Of a stretch of 64,000 nt of DNA, positions 18,684 to 27,293 are shown piece by piece (positions within the stretch are counted from its first letter, which is position 1; each line of letters opens with the position of its first letter). Origin of the DNA: a virus. The stretch is from positions 1 to 64,000 of IMG/VR virus record IMGVR_UViG_3300037042_003932, one strand, 5' to 3'. The notes under the pieces are model-generated. The model ran no database searches and had not been told where the DNA came from. It worked only from the letters and a program-made list of their open reading frames with translations. Position numbers and translations under genes: made by a program.

Positions 18684-19397
18684 TCAATGCATGATGTTTT
18701 CAGGGAGTATCTTCAACTCTTCAGGTGTGCGCGTCAACTGCTGTTGCTTAATCGCGATTACTGCGTCGTCGATGTTCTCATCGATCTCTTCCATACGCAG
18801 CTTCTCATGAGCAGCAAGCAGCTTCGTTACGCTATCAAACCAGCGAAGAGCCTGACGAGACGCATCTGAAGTTAAAGAGTTACCACGAGCGACCATACCG
18901 ATAGTGTACGCGGTGTTTATCATCTTTCTAGAAACACCCCGAACGTCAATGCTGAGCTCTTCATGCCCAAGAAGAAATCGATCTTGTAGAATAACCGGGC
19001 CACCGGATAGGCCGGTGTCTATCAGCCATTTGCCTTCTTCTTGAGCAACGTTCCTTTGGTACTCTCGAGCGTACATAATGTGATCGAGCTTATTCTTTAC
19101 TTCGCTTCGTTCAAAGAATAACTTCTCAAACACTTCCAAGATCTCATACGGAATCTCGAGACTCTTAGAGATCTCTTCTAAAGTAGCCCTACTAAGAATG
19201 AACGCCATGATGCAGTCACGATGATAGTCACTGTCACCAAGGTCTAAAGCAGCACCGACGATGTCGTCGTTCTTTTGCCCCATAGCGACTTCGTATACGC
19301 CGTAAAGCCAAACGTCGTTAAGAAGACAAGACGGGTCTTGTCCATTCAAGACATGCTTTAGGCGTTTCCATCGCCGGTCTGGGACACACTGTCTCAC
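18684..19397 (-). CDS. Hypothetical protein with possible HTH
   Basis: 237 aa; TLEEISKSLEIPYEILEVFEKLFF HTH-like segment. Confidence 0.5.
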   Translation of the reverse strand: MRQCVPDRRWKRLKHVLNGQDPSCLLNDVWLYGVYEVAMGQKNDDIVGAALDLGDSDYHRDCIMAFILSRATLEEISKSLEIPYEILEVFEKLFFERSEVKNKLDHIMYAREYQRNVAQEEGKWLIDTGLSGGPVILQDRFLLGHEELSIDVRGVSRKMINTAYTIGMVARGNSLTSDASRQALRWFDSVTKLLAAHEKLRMEEIDENIDDAVIAIKQQQLTRTPEELKILPENIMH

Positions 19398-22039
19398 TGC
19401 TGGTTCATCATTCCTTGTTGCGACATCTGGTTCGGACTCACAGCGTTACGGTTGATCTTGATGACGAGGTCACCGAGACCCTTAAACACCGTGCGAAGAC
19501 GCTCTTCAAGTGTCGTGTACTCCAGGTCACCAATCATCTGCTTGACCTCGGCCTCTTGCATCCAAAGGGTCAGCAAGATACGCCCGAGGTTGTCCACAGC
19601 CTTTTCGAGGTTGGGTACGTACGTCGAGATGATGTCGTGGAGAACTGGAGACGCCGCCATCATCGACATCGTAGCGAGGTCAAAGACACCTGCGTTGCCG
19701 AGGTCGCCAGCGGACTCAAGCATGTTGGGATTGATTTGGTCCGCAACAGCCTGTGGGTTCATGTTTCCCTCGGGCATGACAGGCTGCGGCGGGGGCTCGG
19801 GCTCTGGCTCGGGCTCTGGCGCAAGCATCCGAGCAGCAGTAGCCGGGGAAGCTTCAGCTCCAGCCGGGATGACGCCGCCAGTCACTTGCGTGATTTGGTT
19901 CGCCCGGTTCTGTATCTGCTGAAGGAGCTGAACCAGACGGTTGTTCTGGTCGGACTCCTGCTGCAGGGCTTGCTGTTGCTGCTGCATCTGATCTTGCAGC
20001 TGCTGCATACGGACCTGGTTCTCCTGAGTCAGCTTGTCCACAGCCTCGGCAATCGCGAGGTCCGTAGGAGACATCGGAGATGGCGCGGGCTGCTGCGGCA
20101 TCATACCGCCCATCATCGAGGGGTCCATTCCCTGCTGCATCGGGTCTCCCATCGGAGAACCGCCGCCACCCTCGGGAGACATCTGGGGAGCAGGACCCTG
20201 CGCCGGTCCCTGACCTTGCATCGGGCCTTCCATCCCAGGCTGAGCGACCTTCATCAAAATCTCGTTGATGGACGCCAGCTTAGAAGTGGGAAGGACGTAC
20301 ATAAACGGGAACCGCGTACGTTCTACTTCCACAAGAATCCCAGCAGCGTCCGAAACCGAGATGTTGTAGTCCGTCGCGATCTTCTCGACCGCCTTGGGGT
20401 AGTGGAGAGCGCATGGGTGATTCCCGACCCAGTACTCATCAACACCAGCCTTTTTGACTTCGATGGGGTCAGCCTTCGCGTCTTGCAACTTCGCGTCGAG
20501 CCAATGCGTGACCATCTTGGGATCGTCGGTGATGTTGCTCAGGCTATGGTTGCGCAGGTCGTACTTGTCCTTCTCATGGACATTCGTCTGAATGGCAACC
20601 CACTTGGCATCTTTGGGAATGAGGTACGTGTCGTTGGCCGCGTTCGTGATGGACTCACGTTTGGTGTTGTCGTCGATGATGTACTTAGTGCCATCCGAGT
20701 AATCTGAAATGATCTTCCTTACGCCTTTGGTATCCACGATGGAATGAATCCAAAAAGGCTTCGTGGCCTGCGGCTGTTTACCCGGACCCGCACAGAGGAA
20801 GAAACCGTAGTCATGGACAGATGGGGATGACCCACGCGCATTCCCGTGGATAATCGTCTTGATCCACTTGTAGTTGTTCAGCTCAGGGTCATCATCTTGG
20901 ATGAGCTCGCCCATAACGTGTGTATTGCACCACACCTTCTTACCGTCTTTGTTGACGATAAGATACTCAGTGGCGTTACGGCGAGGACTTGAACCGTATT
21001 CGCTGTAGTAGTCACTACTATAAACTAAACCGCCGCTCGAACCCTTGGGCTTAGGAATGATGTAGTAGATGTCCGGGGGAGCATCCATAAAGTAGAGGCG
21101 ATAGAACCCTGCGGTGTGACCAGGCTCAGTGAGCTTTAGGTCATGCTCAATCTTGAGAGCTACCTTATCAATGCCTCTACGTGTGTCTTGGACTGCAATG
21201 CCGTTTCGCAGAATCCCTTGGTACGCCTGTGCCGACTTAACGCCAAAAGCTTCTTTGAGTTCTGCAGCCGTTGCGGTCTTAGTGAACACCCTCACAACGC
21301 CAGGAGCATTGAGCGCAGCCGTCTTCGTTCGAGCCACATCTTGCGCAGCGACACGGGCATTACCGCGCTTGAACGCGTTTATAATGGACGTAGACCCGTG
21401 GAAGTGTGCCAGCTTAGCGAGGAGAACAGGGTGTTTCTCAAACGCTAGCTTTACGCCGTCAATAACGGACTTCGGCGCAGCGTCTCCGATGAACTCCAAA
21501 AACCGAGGATGGACTTCGTAGTTATTGGACTCCGCTTCCTTGAACATGGCCTTTGCGTGGAAGTCAAAGCTCATATCCGAAGCTAGACCCACACGACCCG
21601 AAGAAGTGAACGGGGGCATAACCACGTTTCGGATATCCACGTCCCGAGGAACGCCCTGTGGGATATCAGAAGGCTGGCCCATCTCTTCGAGAGACATCTT
21701 CGATACTTCCTCCAACCACTCTTTATTCATGGGAAGGAAGATATTCAGGTCTTTGAAGTAGAACACATCCAGCGGCTTCAGCTGGCTATCGCTCATAACG
21801 ACTGGAATGTAGATTGGCTTATTATCTTGCAGGAAGATAAAGGCACCAACTCCGCGTCCCTTTGTGGCGTTAGTCTCCAGAAGTTTGAAAGTTACAACCT
21901 GTTGCGCCATATCCGGGAATTTGGCGAACATCACGTTGTAAGCCATGCTCGCAAACTTTTGCTTAAAGATCTCTTCCGCTTGTTCAGCGGAAGGAAGCTG
22001 ACCATACGCTTGAACATCCGGGGACATAGGTGTTGGCAT
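19394..22039 (-). CDS. Large putative inner-head protein with Q/P/M-rich C-terminal region
   Basis: 881 aa; multiple K-x-A; low-complexity Q/P/M/G region and coiled coil. Confidence 0.6.
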   Translation of the reverse strand: MPTPMSPDVQAYGQLPSAEQAEEIFKQKFASMAYNVMFAKFPDMAQQVVTFKLLETNATKGRGVGAFIFLQDNKPIYIPVVMSDSQLKPLDVFYFKDLNIFLPMNKEWLEEVSKMSLEEMGQPSDIPQGVPRDVDIRNVVMPPFTSSGRVGLASDMSFDFHAKAMFKEAESNNYEVHPRFLEFIGDAAPKSVIDGVKLAFEKHPVLLAKLAHFHGSTSIINAFKRGNARVAAQDVARTKTAALNAPGVVRVFTKTATAAELKEAFGVKSAQAYQGILRNGIAVQDTRRGIDKVALKIEHDLKLTEPGHTAGFYRLYFMDAPPDIYYIIPKPKGSSGGLVYSSDYYSEYGSSPRRNATEYLIVNKDGKKVWCNTHVMGELIQDDDPELNNYKWIKTIIHGNARGSSPSVHDYGFFLCAGPGKQPQATKPFWIHSIVDTKGVRKIISDYSDGTKYIIDDNTKRESITNAANDTYLIPKDAKWVAIQTNVHEKDKYDLRNHSLSNITDDPKMVTHWLDAKLQDAKADPIEVKKAGVDEYWVGNHPCALHYPKAVEKIATDYNISVSDAAGILVEVERTRFPFMYVLPTSKLASINEILMKVAQPGMEGPMQGQGPAQGPAPQMSPEGGGGSPMGDPMQQGMDPSMMGGMMPQQPAPSPMSPTDLAIAEAVDKLTQENQVRMQQLQDQMQQQQQALQQESDQNNRLVQLLQQIQNRANQITQVTGGVIPAGAEASPATAARMLAPEPEPEPEPPPQPVMPEGNMNPQAVADQINPNMLESAGDLGNAGVFDLATMSMMAASPVLHDIISTYVPNLEKAVDNLGRILLTLWMQEAEVKQMIGDLEYTTLEERLRTVFKGLGDLVIKINRNAVSPNQMSQQGMMNQQ

Positions 22040-22151
22040 TGTTTGAACCTGTCCTGTTAACGACGACCAAGTTCTCCGAACACGAAAACACGTGCTCTCT
22101 GGTTTCGTCTTGAATTATATGGCAAGAATGCGTTGAGGGAAGAACAGAATG

Positions 22152-23069
22152 TCAGTGAACGGACTTGAGAGCATTCATGAGGATGCTTGTGGCCACATCA
22201 ACGACCTCGGCCTGGCTCGCCTGCTTCTGCTGTTGGGCATGCAGGTTGATCAGAATCTGTCGGCCTTCCTCGGTTGAGAGGAGTTGCTCGGCAGTCTTCT
22301 TCACATCAGCCTGGAGCTCGTTATGAACCGCAGGTTGAGGAGCGGCTGGGTGCTTCTTCAGCGGGACCGGCTGGGTCGTGGTCTGGGTCGTGCTGCCCTG
22401 GGAGACAACCGTTCCGCCGAGGTTCGCGTTGGTGGTCAGGTCCATACGGCCACCGCCCTGCGGGAGAACGCCGTCTTTCGACAGCTTCTGCAGGAACGAG
22501 GAGATCTTCACGTCAGCAAGGGTCGTGGGAGCTGGGGAGTCTTGCGTACCCGGCTGGTCCGGACGGACAGTCTGAGACCCGACTTCGCCGCCGCTGGTGT
22601 CCATGGAAGACGAACCCTTCGGACCCGTGACAGCCGAAGATGGATTCTTCTCGGCGTCAGTCTCGCCCTCGATGAAGACCTGCTCATGCGTCGCGGGACC
22701 CGAACCCGGATTCGTGGTGCCAGCCTCGAGAGCAGCCTTGTAGATCAGTCGCTCAGCGGTGGCATAAGCCAGCTTCACGATGTCCAGGTTCTGATCGGCG
22801 GCGACCTTGTTCAGGTTCTCGTCCATCGCACTGCCGGTCTTGGCAGCAATCGCCTGAGCGACTTCGACGAGCTTCTGAAGGATCGGAGCGACTTCGTTGG
22901 CACTCATTCCGGTTTCGTCGGTGACTTCTGGAGCTTCCTCTTCCGGAACCTCGTCAGCCACAGCGTCAGCGACCTCATTGGCCACCTTAACCGACGAATA
23001 GTGCACCAGGCCATTGCGCATCAGGCCAAAATTCAGACCGCGAACGTGTGATCTTTTGAAAAGTCCCAT
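22152..23069 (-). CDS. K-x-A-rich disordered head protein
   Basis: AAAGGAG RBS before ATG 23069 (MGLFKRS); KVA, KVA, KLA, KAA, KTA, KQA. Confidence 0.6.
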   Translation of the reverse strand: MGLFKRSHVRGLNFGLMRNGLVHYSSVKVANEVADAVADEVPEEEAPEVTDETGMSANEVAPILQKLVEVAQAIAAKTGSAMDENLNKVAADQNLDIVKLAYATAERLIYKAALEAGTTNPGSGPATHEQVFIEGETDAEKNPSSAVTGPKGSSSMDTSGGEVGSQTVRPDQPGTQDSPAPTTLADVKISSFLQKLSKDGVLPQGGGRMDLTTNANLGGTVVSQGSTTQTTTQPVPLKKHPAAPQPAVHNELQADVKKTAEQLLSTEEGRQILINLHAQQQKQASQAEVVDVATSILMNALKSVH

Positions 23070-23091
23070 GATTTTGACTCCTTTTAGTCCG

Positions 23092-23403
23092 TTACTCGCT
23101 AAGCGCGCCGTAGATGTCCTCGTTCGGGTCACCTGCGTACGCCTCGGGCGATACTTCTTGGTTGTTGGCGTTAGGGTCTTGGGGCATGTTTTCGTAGTCG
23201 CCCTCAACCAAACTATTCACGTCTGGCTGAGCGGGTGCACCAGGGGTAGGACCCATCAGTTGAACTCCGGTGGGGTTACCTTCGGCTTCGTCTGCCAAGT
23301 CATTACCCATGGCTTCAGCTGTTGGTTCGTCATAACCGGCAGTCTTTAGAGCTGTCGTTGCCCCGTAGGCATATGCCTGTTTTAGTTGGGAGACAGTCAA
23401 CAT
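23092..23403 (-). CDS. Small acidic K-x-A protein
   Basis: AGGAGG RBS before ATG 23403; KQAYAYGATTALKTAG. Confidence 0.6.
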   Translation of the reverse strand: MLTVSQLKQAYAYGATTALKTAGYDEPTAEAMGNDLADEAEGNPTGVQLMGPTPGAPAQPDVNSLVEGDYENMPQDPNANNQEVSPEAYAGDPNEDIYGALSE

Positions 23404-23450
23404 AGAAACATTTCCTCCTGGCGTACCTTTCACAAGTGTACGACTAAATT

Positions 23451-24035
23451 CTAAAATTGTCGTCCCTGATATTGAGGTTGCGGTTGTCCCTGTGGGTTAC
23501 GTTGTTGGAACCGTTGATACGGATTCTGCGGGTCCGATTGACCAAAAGTTCCCGTAGCTTTCTGAGCCACGTTTACAGCTCCACGCCCTATACGATCCAA
23601 CACGGGATACGCTACCATACTTCCAACCATACCTAATGGCCGGTATAGAGCGTTAGTCCCTAGCGTACCTAATGCTAAGCCACCAATGCTCTGCGCTTTG
23701 TCTGGAGCATCACTCTTCATAGTCTGGTAACCCATATAGGCTGGCAGACCGTAGAGCAACGCTTTATCCAACATCTTAGGAGCTTTCATTCCTTGATGCA
23801 TCATACTGTTGCTCTTGAACGCGTTACCAGACATAATCTCTTTTCCAAAGTTTATAGGCTCCCCTATCATAAACTTCCTAAGAGTTGTGTGCCATGGCTG
23901 CTTGGCACCGGCCTCAACAAGACTCTTACCTGCCTGTCCTGCTCTCGCCACAGCACCTGGAGGAATAGCCAAAGCCATCTTGGATAGCCCTAGAGATTGA
24001 TAGACTTCGTTCCAGCCTTCTTCGAACGGCGTCAT
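23451..24035 (-). CDS. Putative ejection/membrane-active head protein
   Basis: FEEGWNEVYQSLGLSKMA leader; Gly-rich hydrophobic helices; Q-rich tail. Confidence 0.55.
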   Translation of the reverse strand: MTPFEEGWNEVYQSLGLSKMALAIPPGAVARAGQAGKSLVEAGAKQPWHTTLRKFMIGEPINFGKEIMSGNAFKSNSMMHQGMKAPKMLDKALLYGLPAYMGYQTMKSDAPDKAQSIGGLALGTLGTNALYRPLGMVGSMVAYPVLDRIGRGAVNVAQKATGTFGQSDPQNPYQRFQQRNPQGQPQPQYQGRQF

Positions 24036-24036
24036 G

Positions 24037-25842
24037 CTAGTACTTACCCTTTTCGCCTTTGCCGAACTCAGTACCTAAAACATACGCTGGAACAGGGCTA
24101 GTGCCGTGAACATTCGAAATTTCTCCGAAGTGAGCCGCGTGTTGCAACGTAGTCTTCAAGTTTCGATGGGCTAGCCGCGCCATCCAGTCCGGGTTGTACA
24201 GCGGTGCTCGTGTAGCGGGCTTCATAACAAACTCAACTTCAGGTGCTCGTGGGGCGATGAACACGTCTTTGACCCCATGGGATTTTAAAAAATCAACTAT
24301 GGAGGGAGTAACGCGCATACCAACGGAGAAATGAAAATACTCTTTACCGAGAGTTTCTCCTAGAGCTTCACTCAGCTTGATTTGTTTTATCCCGCTAGCC
24401 AAAACAGATTTCAGGTTGTTGTAGTTTACAACGTCACCCTTGAAAAAGTTATTTCCTTCGTCGTTCAGGATACGGACATGATTCAACTCACCTAGAGCAA
24501 GAAGCTCAAAGTGACGTTGGTCCAGGTTTATCCCTTGGTTTTTGTAGATGTCTCGGAGGGTATTTACCATGTAAACCCGTCCCGCTCCGAGACCCTTGTA
24601 CTTCACAACCTCGTCGGGCTTCGGGATACCGTCGCCTAACATGTCACCTTTTTCCACAGTGTCGCCTACGCGAACTTTTATCCCCATGTTCGGAGACACA
24701 TAGTGCGACGTATCTTCTACGTGCACAAAGTGTCCTCCTTGAGGTGCTTTGGACACCTTGGATACAGTTCCGTTAATTGAAGCTAGTGTGGCTTTGTTCA
24801 AAAACAGATTGGGCGACTCAACCGCTTGTCTGAAGCCCTCTAACCCTTGTAGCTGCAGACGCCCAGACGCCGCAGTAGTACCGCCGTGCTTTGCGGACAG
24901 AGCGAGCTGCGTCAAAGGTTCTGCCATCGCCTGAGCTGAACGAACGCCAATGTTCGTTCCAATGTCATGCATCCGACCCTTCTCGTTCAAACCCTGACAA
25001 TGCTGGCACACACCGTCGCCCGCTTCACAAGTCATAGGAGAACGGACAAGAATCTTCCCTACGACAGTTCGAGCTAATGAGGGTTGGATGGCTGGCGTAA
25101 TCAGCGTATTACGGCGGAAAGGACCGGTGTCCCTAGCGAGGTAACGGTCAATCACATCAGAGTCCTTGGGGTCCATGAGGATTCCGTTGTGCGTCCCACA
25201 GTCTTGTTCAGTAATGAGAATGTTGTTCATATTACTGACAAGAATCTTGGACAACTCACCCGGCTCCGAGACCGAAGTACTGGACTTGATAGTATCAAGA
25301 ATGGCTTCGCTACTCACTACCCAGTTATCCGCAGGGGTCATCCCCTCAGAGTAGGACCGACGAATGAGCCAAGGCTCTACGCGACCACGACCATCACGTC
25401 CGTAAACTGGGGACGTAACGATCTTTGCGTACTGAAGCTTGTTTCCACGAGCACCCGAGGACACCTGGGCAGTCATAGACCCAGGATGACGCATGGCCAA
25501 GTCTGTCATCTCAGGGTGAACTCCCTCGAGGAGTTTACGACGCTCGTCGTCTGTCTTGGCTTTGTTCATCTTTGCCGCGACAGGATTCAGTATCAGGTCT
25601 CGAGCTTTGTAATCAGGTTCAAGGTCATCAAGACCGACAGAGAGACCTTCTGTAGTTGCAAGATGGTCTCCCAAGCGCTTAACGTTACCAACGATCTTCG
25701 CGTATGTCTGTGGATCGGTCCTAGAGAGCCGTGTTAACGTACTCTTAAGATCTTTTCCAGACACAGCTCCGTCAAACTTGTAACCCTCAGGCATGAGGTT
25801 ATTGATGAGGTGCTGCCCAAAGGGTTGTCCAACGGTAGTCAT
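24037..25842 (-). CDS. rpoC: Multisubunit RNA polymerase beta' subunit, C-terminal half
   Basis: SGARG, EQDCGT, RSPMTC..GVCQHC zinc site, IGVRSAQAMAEPLTQL..H trigger loop, WMARLAH. Confidence 0.9.
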   Translation of the reverse strand: MTTVGQPFGQHLINNLMPEGYKFDGAVSGKDLKSTLTRLSRTDPQTYAKIVGNVKRLGDHLATTEGLSVGLDDLEPDYKARDLILNPVAAKMNKAKTDDERRKLLEGVHPEMTDLAMRHPGSMTAQVSSGARGNKLQYAKIVTSPVYGRDGRGRVEPWLIRRSYSEGMTPADNWVVSSEAILDTIKSSTSVSEPGELSKILVSNMNNILITEQDCGTHNGILMDPKDSDVIDRYLARDTGPFRRNTLITPAIQPSLARTVVGKILVRSPMTCEAGDGVCQHCQGLNEKGRMHDIGTNIGVRSAQAMAEPLTQLALSAKHGGTTAASGRLQLQGLEGFRQAVESPNLFLNKATLASINGTVSKVSKAPQGGHFVHVEDTSHYVSPNMGIKVRVGDTVEKGDMLGDGIPKPDEVVKYKGLGAGRVYMVNTLRDIYKNQGINLDQRHFELLALGELNHVRILNDEGNNFFKGDVVNYNNLKSVLASGIKQIKLSEALGETLGKEYFHFSVGMRVTPSIVDFLKSHGVKDVFIAPRAPEVEFVMKPATRAPLYNPDWMARLAHRNLKTTLQHAAHFGEISNVHGTSPVPAYVLGTEFGKGEKGKY

Positions 25843-27293
25843 TAGCCGTTACCGCCAGGAATGATCGGAGTTGTACCGCTCACGGCACCAACCGAGAACG
25901 GGTTACCCCAATCGGTAGGTCTCTCAAGATGCTTGTCTACGGGATTACCTGCGACAGAGGTTACAGGGTTCACGTTGGTGTAATCCGAATCCATTGCGTT
26001 GAGCGCTTTTGCCAACTGCCCGGCACCAGTGTTCTCGTCTGAAGCAGGCATCGGTCTTCCGGATTCAGAAGTGGATGCGTCACCTGATTGACCTTGTCCT
26101 GCGGATTCGGCTGCACTCTCGGCACCTAGTTTCCGCAACATGTCGAAGTAACCTCTCCAATAAAATGACGACGCTACTTTTTCAGAGATGTTTTTCATTA
26201 ACCACTTGTCCTTGTTGGTTCGAACCAGAGCATACCGCTCTTTTTTAGCGTCGCCTACTGTTCGTTCGAATTTTAGACTATCCGGTTTCGAGGACAAAAT
26301 AGAGATTGGTTCTTTGTGTTTGATCTCTACCGAGCCACGTCCGTACCCCGTGTGTATTTGGGCAGGCCCGCTTTCGCCAAAGGTAAGAGCATAATTTGAC
26401 GTGTGCGTAGGCGTCTGGATAGCGAGTAGAGGCTTCCCTCCTACTTCAGGGAACTTAGCTTTAGGTATTGCCCAAGAGTGGGCATGGTCCGTGTCAGGAT
26501 CGATCAAACGTAAATCCCAATGAGGACCCGCCTTAACAGCGTCATGCTGTTGTACTGACATCGTCCAGTCAGCATCCCCTAAAGTAGGTAGGTCGTGTGT
26601 CTTCTTGTCCCGTGGAATCCCAGGGGCGAACTCAGACGACATCAGACGCTTAGGGTTAGCGTCCATCGCTGGGATGAAATCATTGAGCTCGTGTCGTTTG
26701 AGAGGTACTGATGCTAATCCAGTTTCTGTATTCAGTGAATACAACCCCCGAATGGAGCCTTTGTCATGCAACGTAGATGTATCGAGTCTGACTTGCGAAG
26801 ACTTAGGAGGAGCCATGACCAACTTAGGGTTAGTCACTGTGAGCGGCTTCAACTTTTCTTCAAGAAGCTTTCGAGCTACATCCGTAGGCATGCTGTCGTT
26901 GAGGTGCCCCCGGATATAGAACCCCCGACCCCCTGAGAACGCTAGCGACGTTCGGGCTACTTCGGGAATCCCTTTCAACAGCGTATCGATTTGTTTTACG
27001 ATTGGCTTGAGTTCGTGTGTGGTTACTTCTTTGCCTGGATCGACATCCACCCACACAACGTTTGTTTCTTTCCCTATCGTCGGATGGAACTCAACAGCCC
27101 GCTGGTCCACCAGCCTCTTGAGCTGCGCTTGGTTGTTGAGCTTGATAGGGTTGCCGTCGAGATTCCTACGGTAAAAAGGTTTCCCCTCTTCGTGCTGCAC
27201 GAGCGTTAGGGCTCCGTCTCCATAAAAATTACGGAGTAAAGAGTCCTGGATATGCTGCGTGGTGTAGTAGTCTACGACGTCTTGTTTGTTCAC
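25842..27293 (-). CDS. ligD: LigD-like AEP polymerase + 3'-phosphoesterase (no ligase domain)
   Basis: AEP motifs VEFHP, VDVDPG, FSGGRG, RLD, YSL..SVPL; phosphoesterase motifs VQQHDA..HWDLRL, SWAIPK, LAIQTPTH..Y, GYGRG. Confidence 0.8.
   Translation of the reverse strand: MNKQDVVDYYTTQHIQDSLLRNFYGDGALTLVQHEEGKPFYRRNLDGNPIKLNNQAQLKRLVDQRAVEFHPTIGKETNVVWVDVDPGKEVTTHELKPIVKQIDTLLKGIPEVARTSLAFSGGRGFYIRGHLNDSMPTDVARKLLEEKLKPLTVTNPKLVMAPPKSSQVRLDTSTLHDKGSIRGLYSLNTETGLASVPLKRHELNDFIPAMDANPKRLMSSEFAPGIPRDKKTHDLPTLGDADWTMSVQQHDAVKAGPHWDLRLIDPDTDHAHSWAIPKAKFPEVGGKPLLAIQTPTHTSNYALTFGESGPAQIHTGYGRGSVEIKHKEPISILSSKPDSLKFERTVGDAKKERYALVRTNKDKWLMKNISEKVASSFYWRGYFDMLRKLGAESAAESAGQGQSGDASTSESGRPMPASDENTGAGQLAKALNAMDSDYTNVNPVTSVAGNPVDKHLERPTDWGNPFSVGAVSGTTPIIPGGNG

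Noticed and set aside
18684-19397. Terminase small subunit assignment
   Set aside because: Only an HTH-like segment supports it, and it is not adjacent to the large subunit
19795-19820. Short tandem repeat GGCTCGGGCTCT
   Set aside because: Encodes a PEPEPE linker; coding low complexity
19415-20707. 430-aa plus-strand ORF
   Set aside because: Antisense shadow of the 881-aa gene
23070-23207. N-terminal extension of the 22152 ORF (and similar extensions for the 14361, 10813, 38639 and 41612 ORFs)
   Set aside because: Most overlap neighbouring genes or structures; downstream ATGs have clear RBSs
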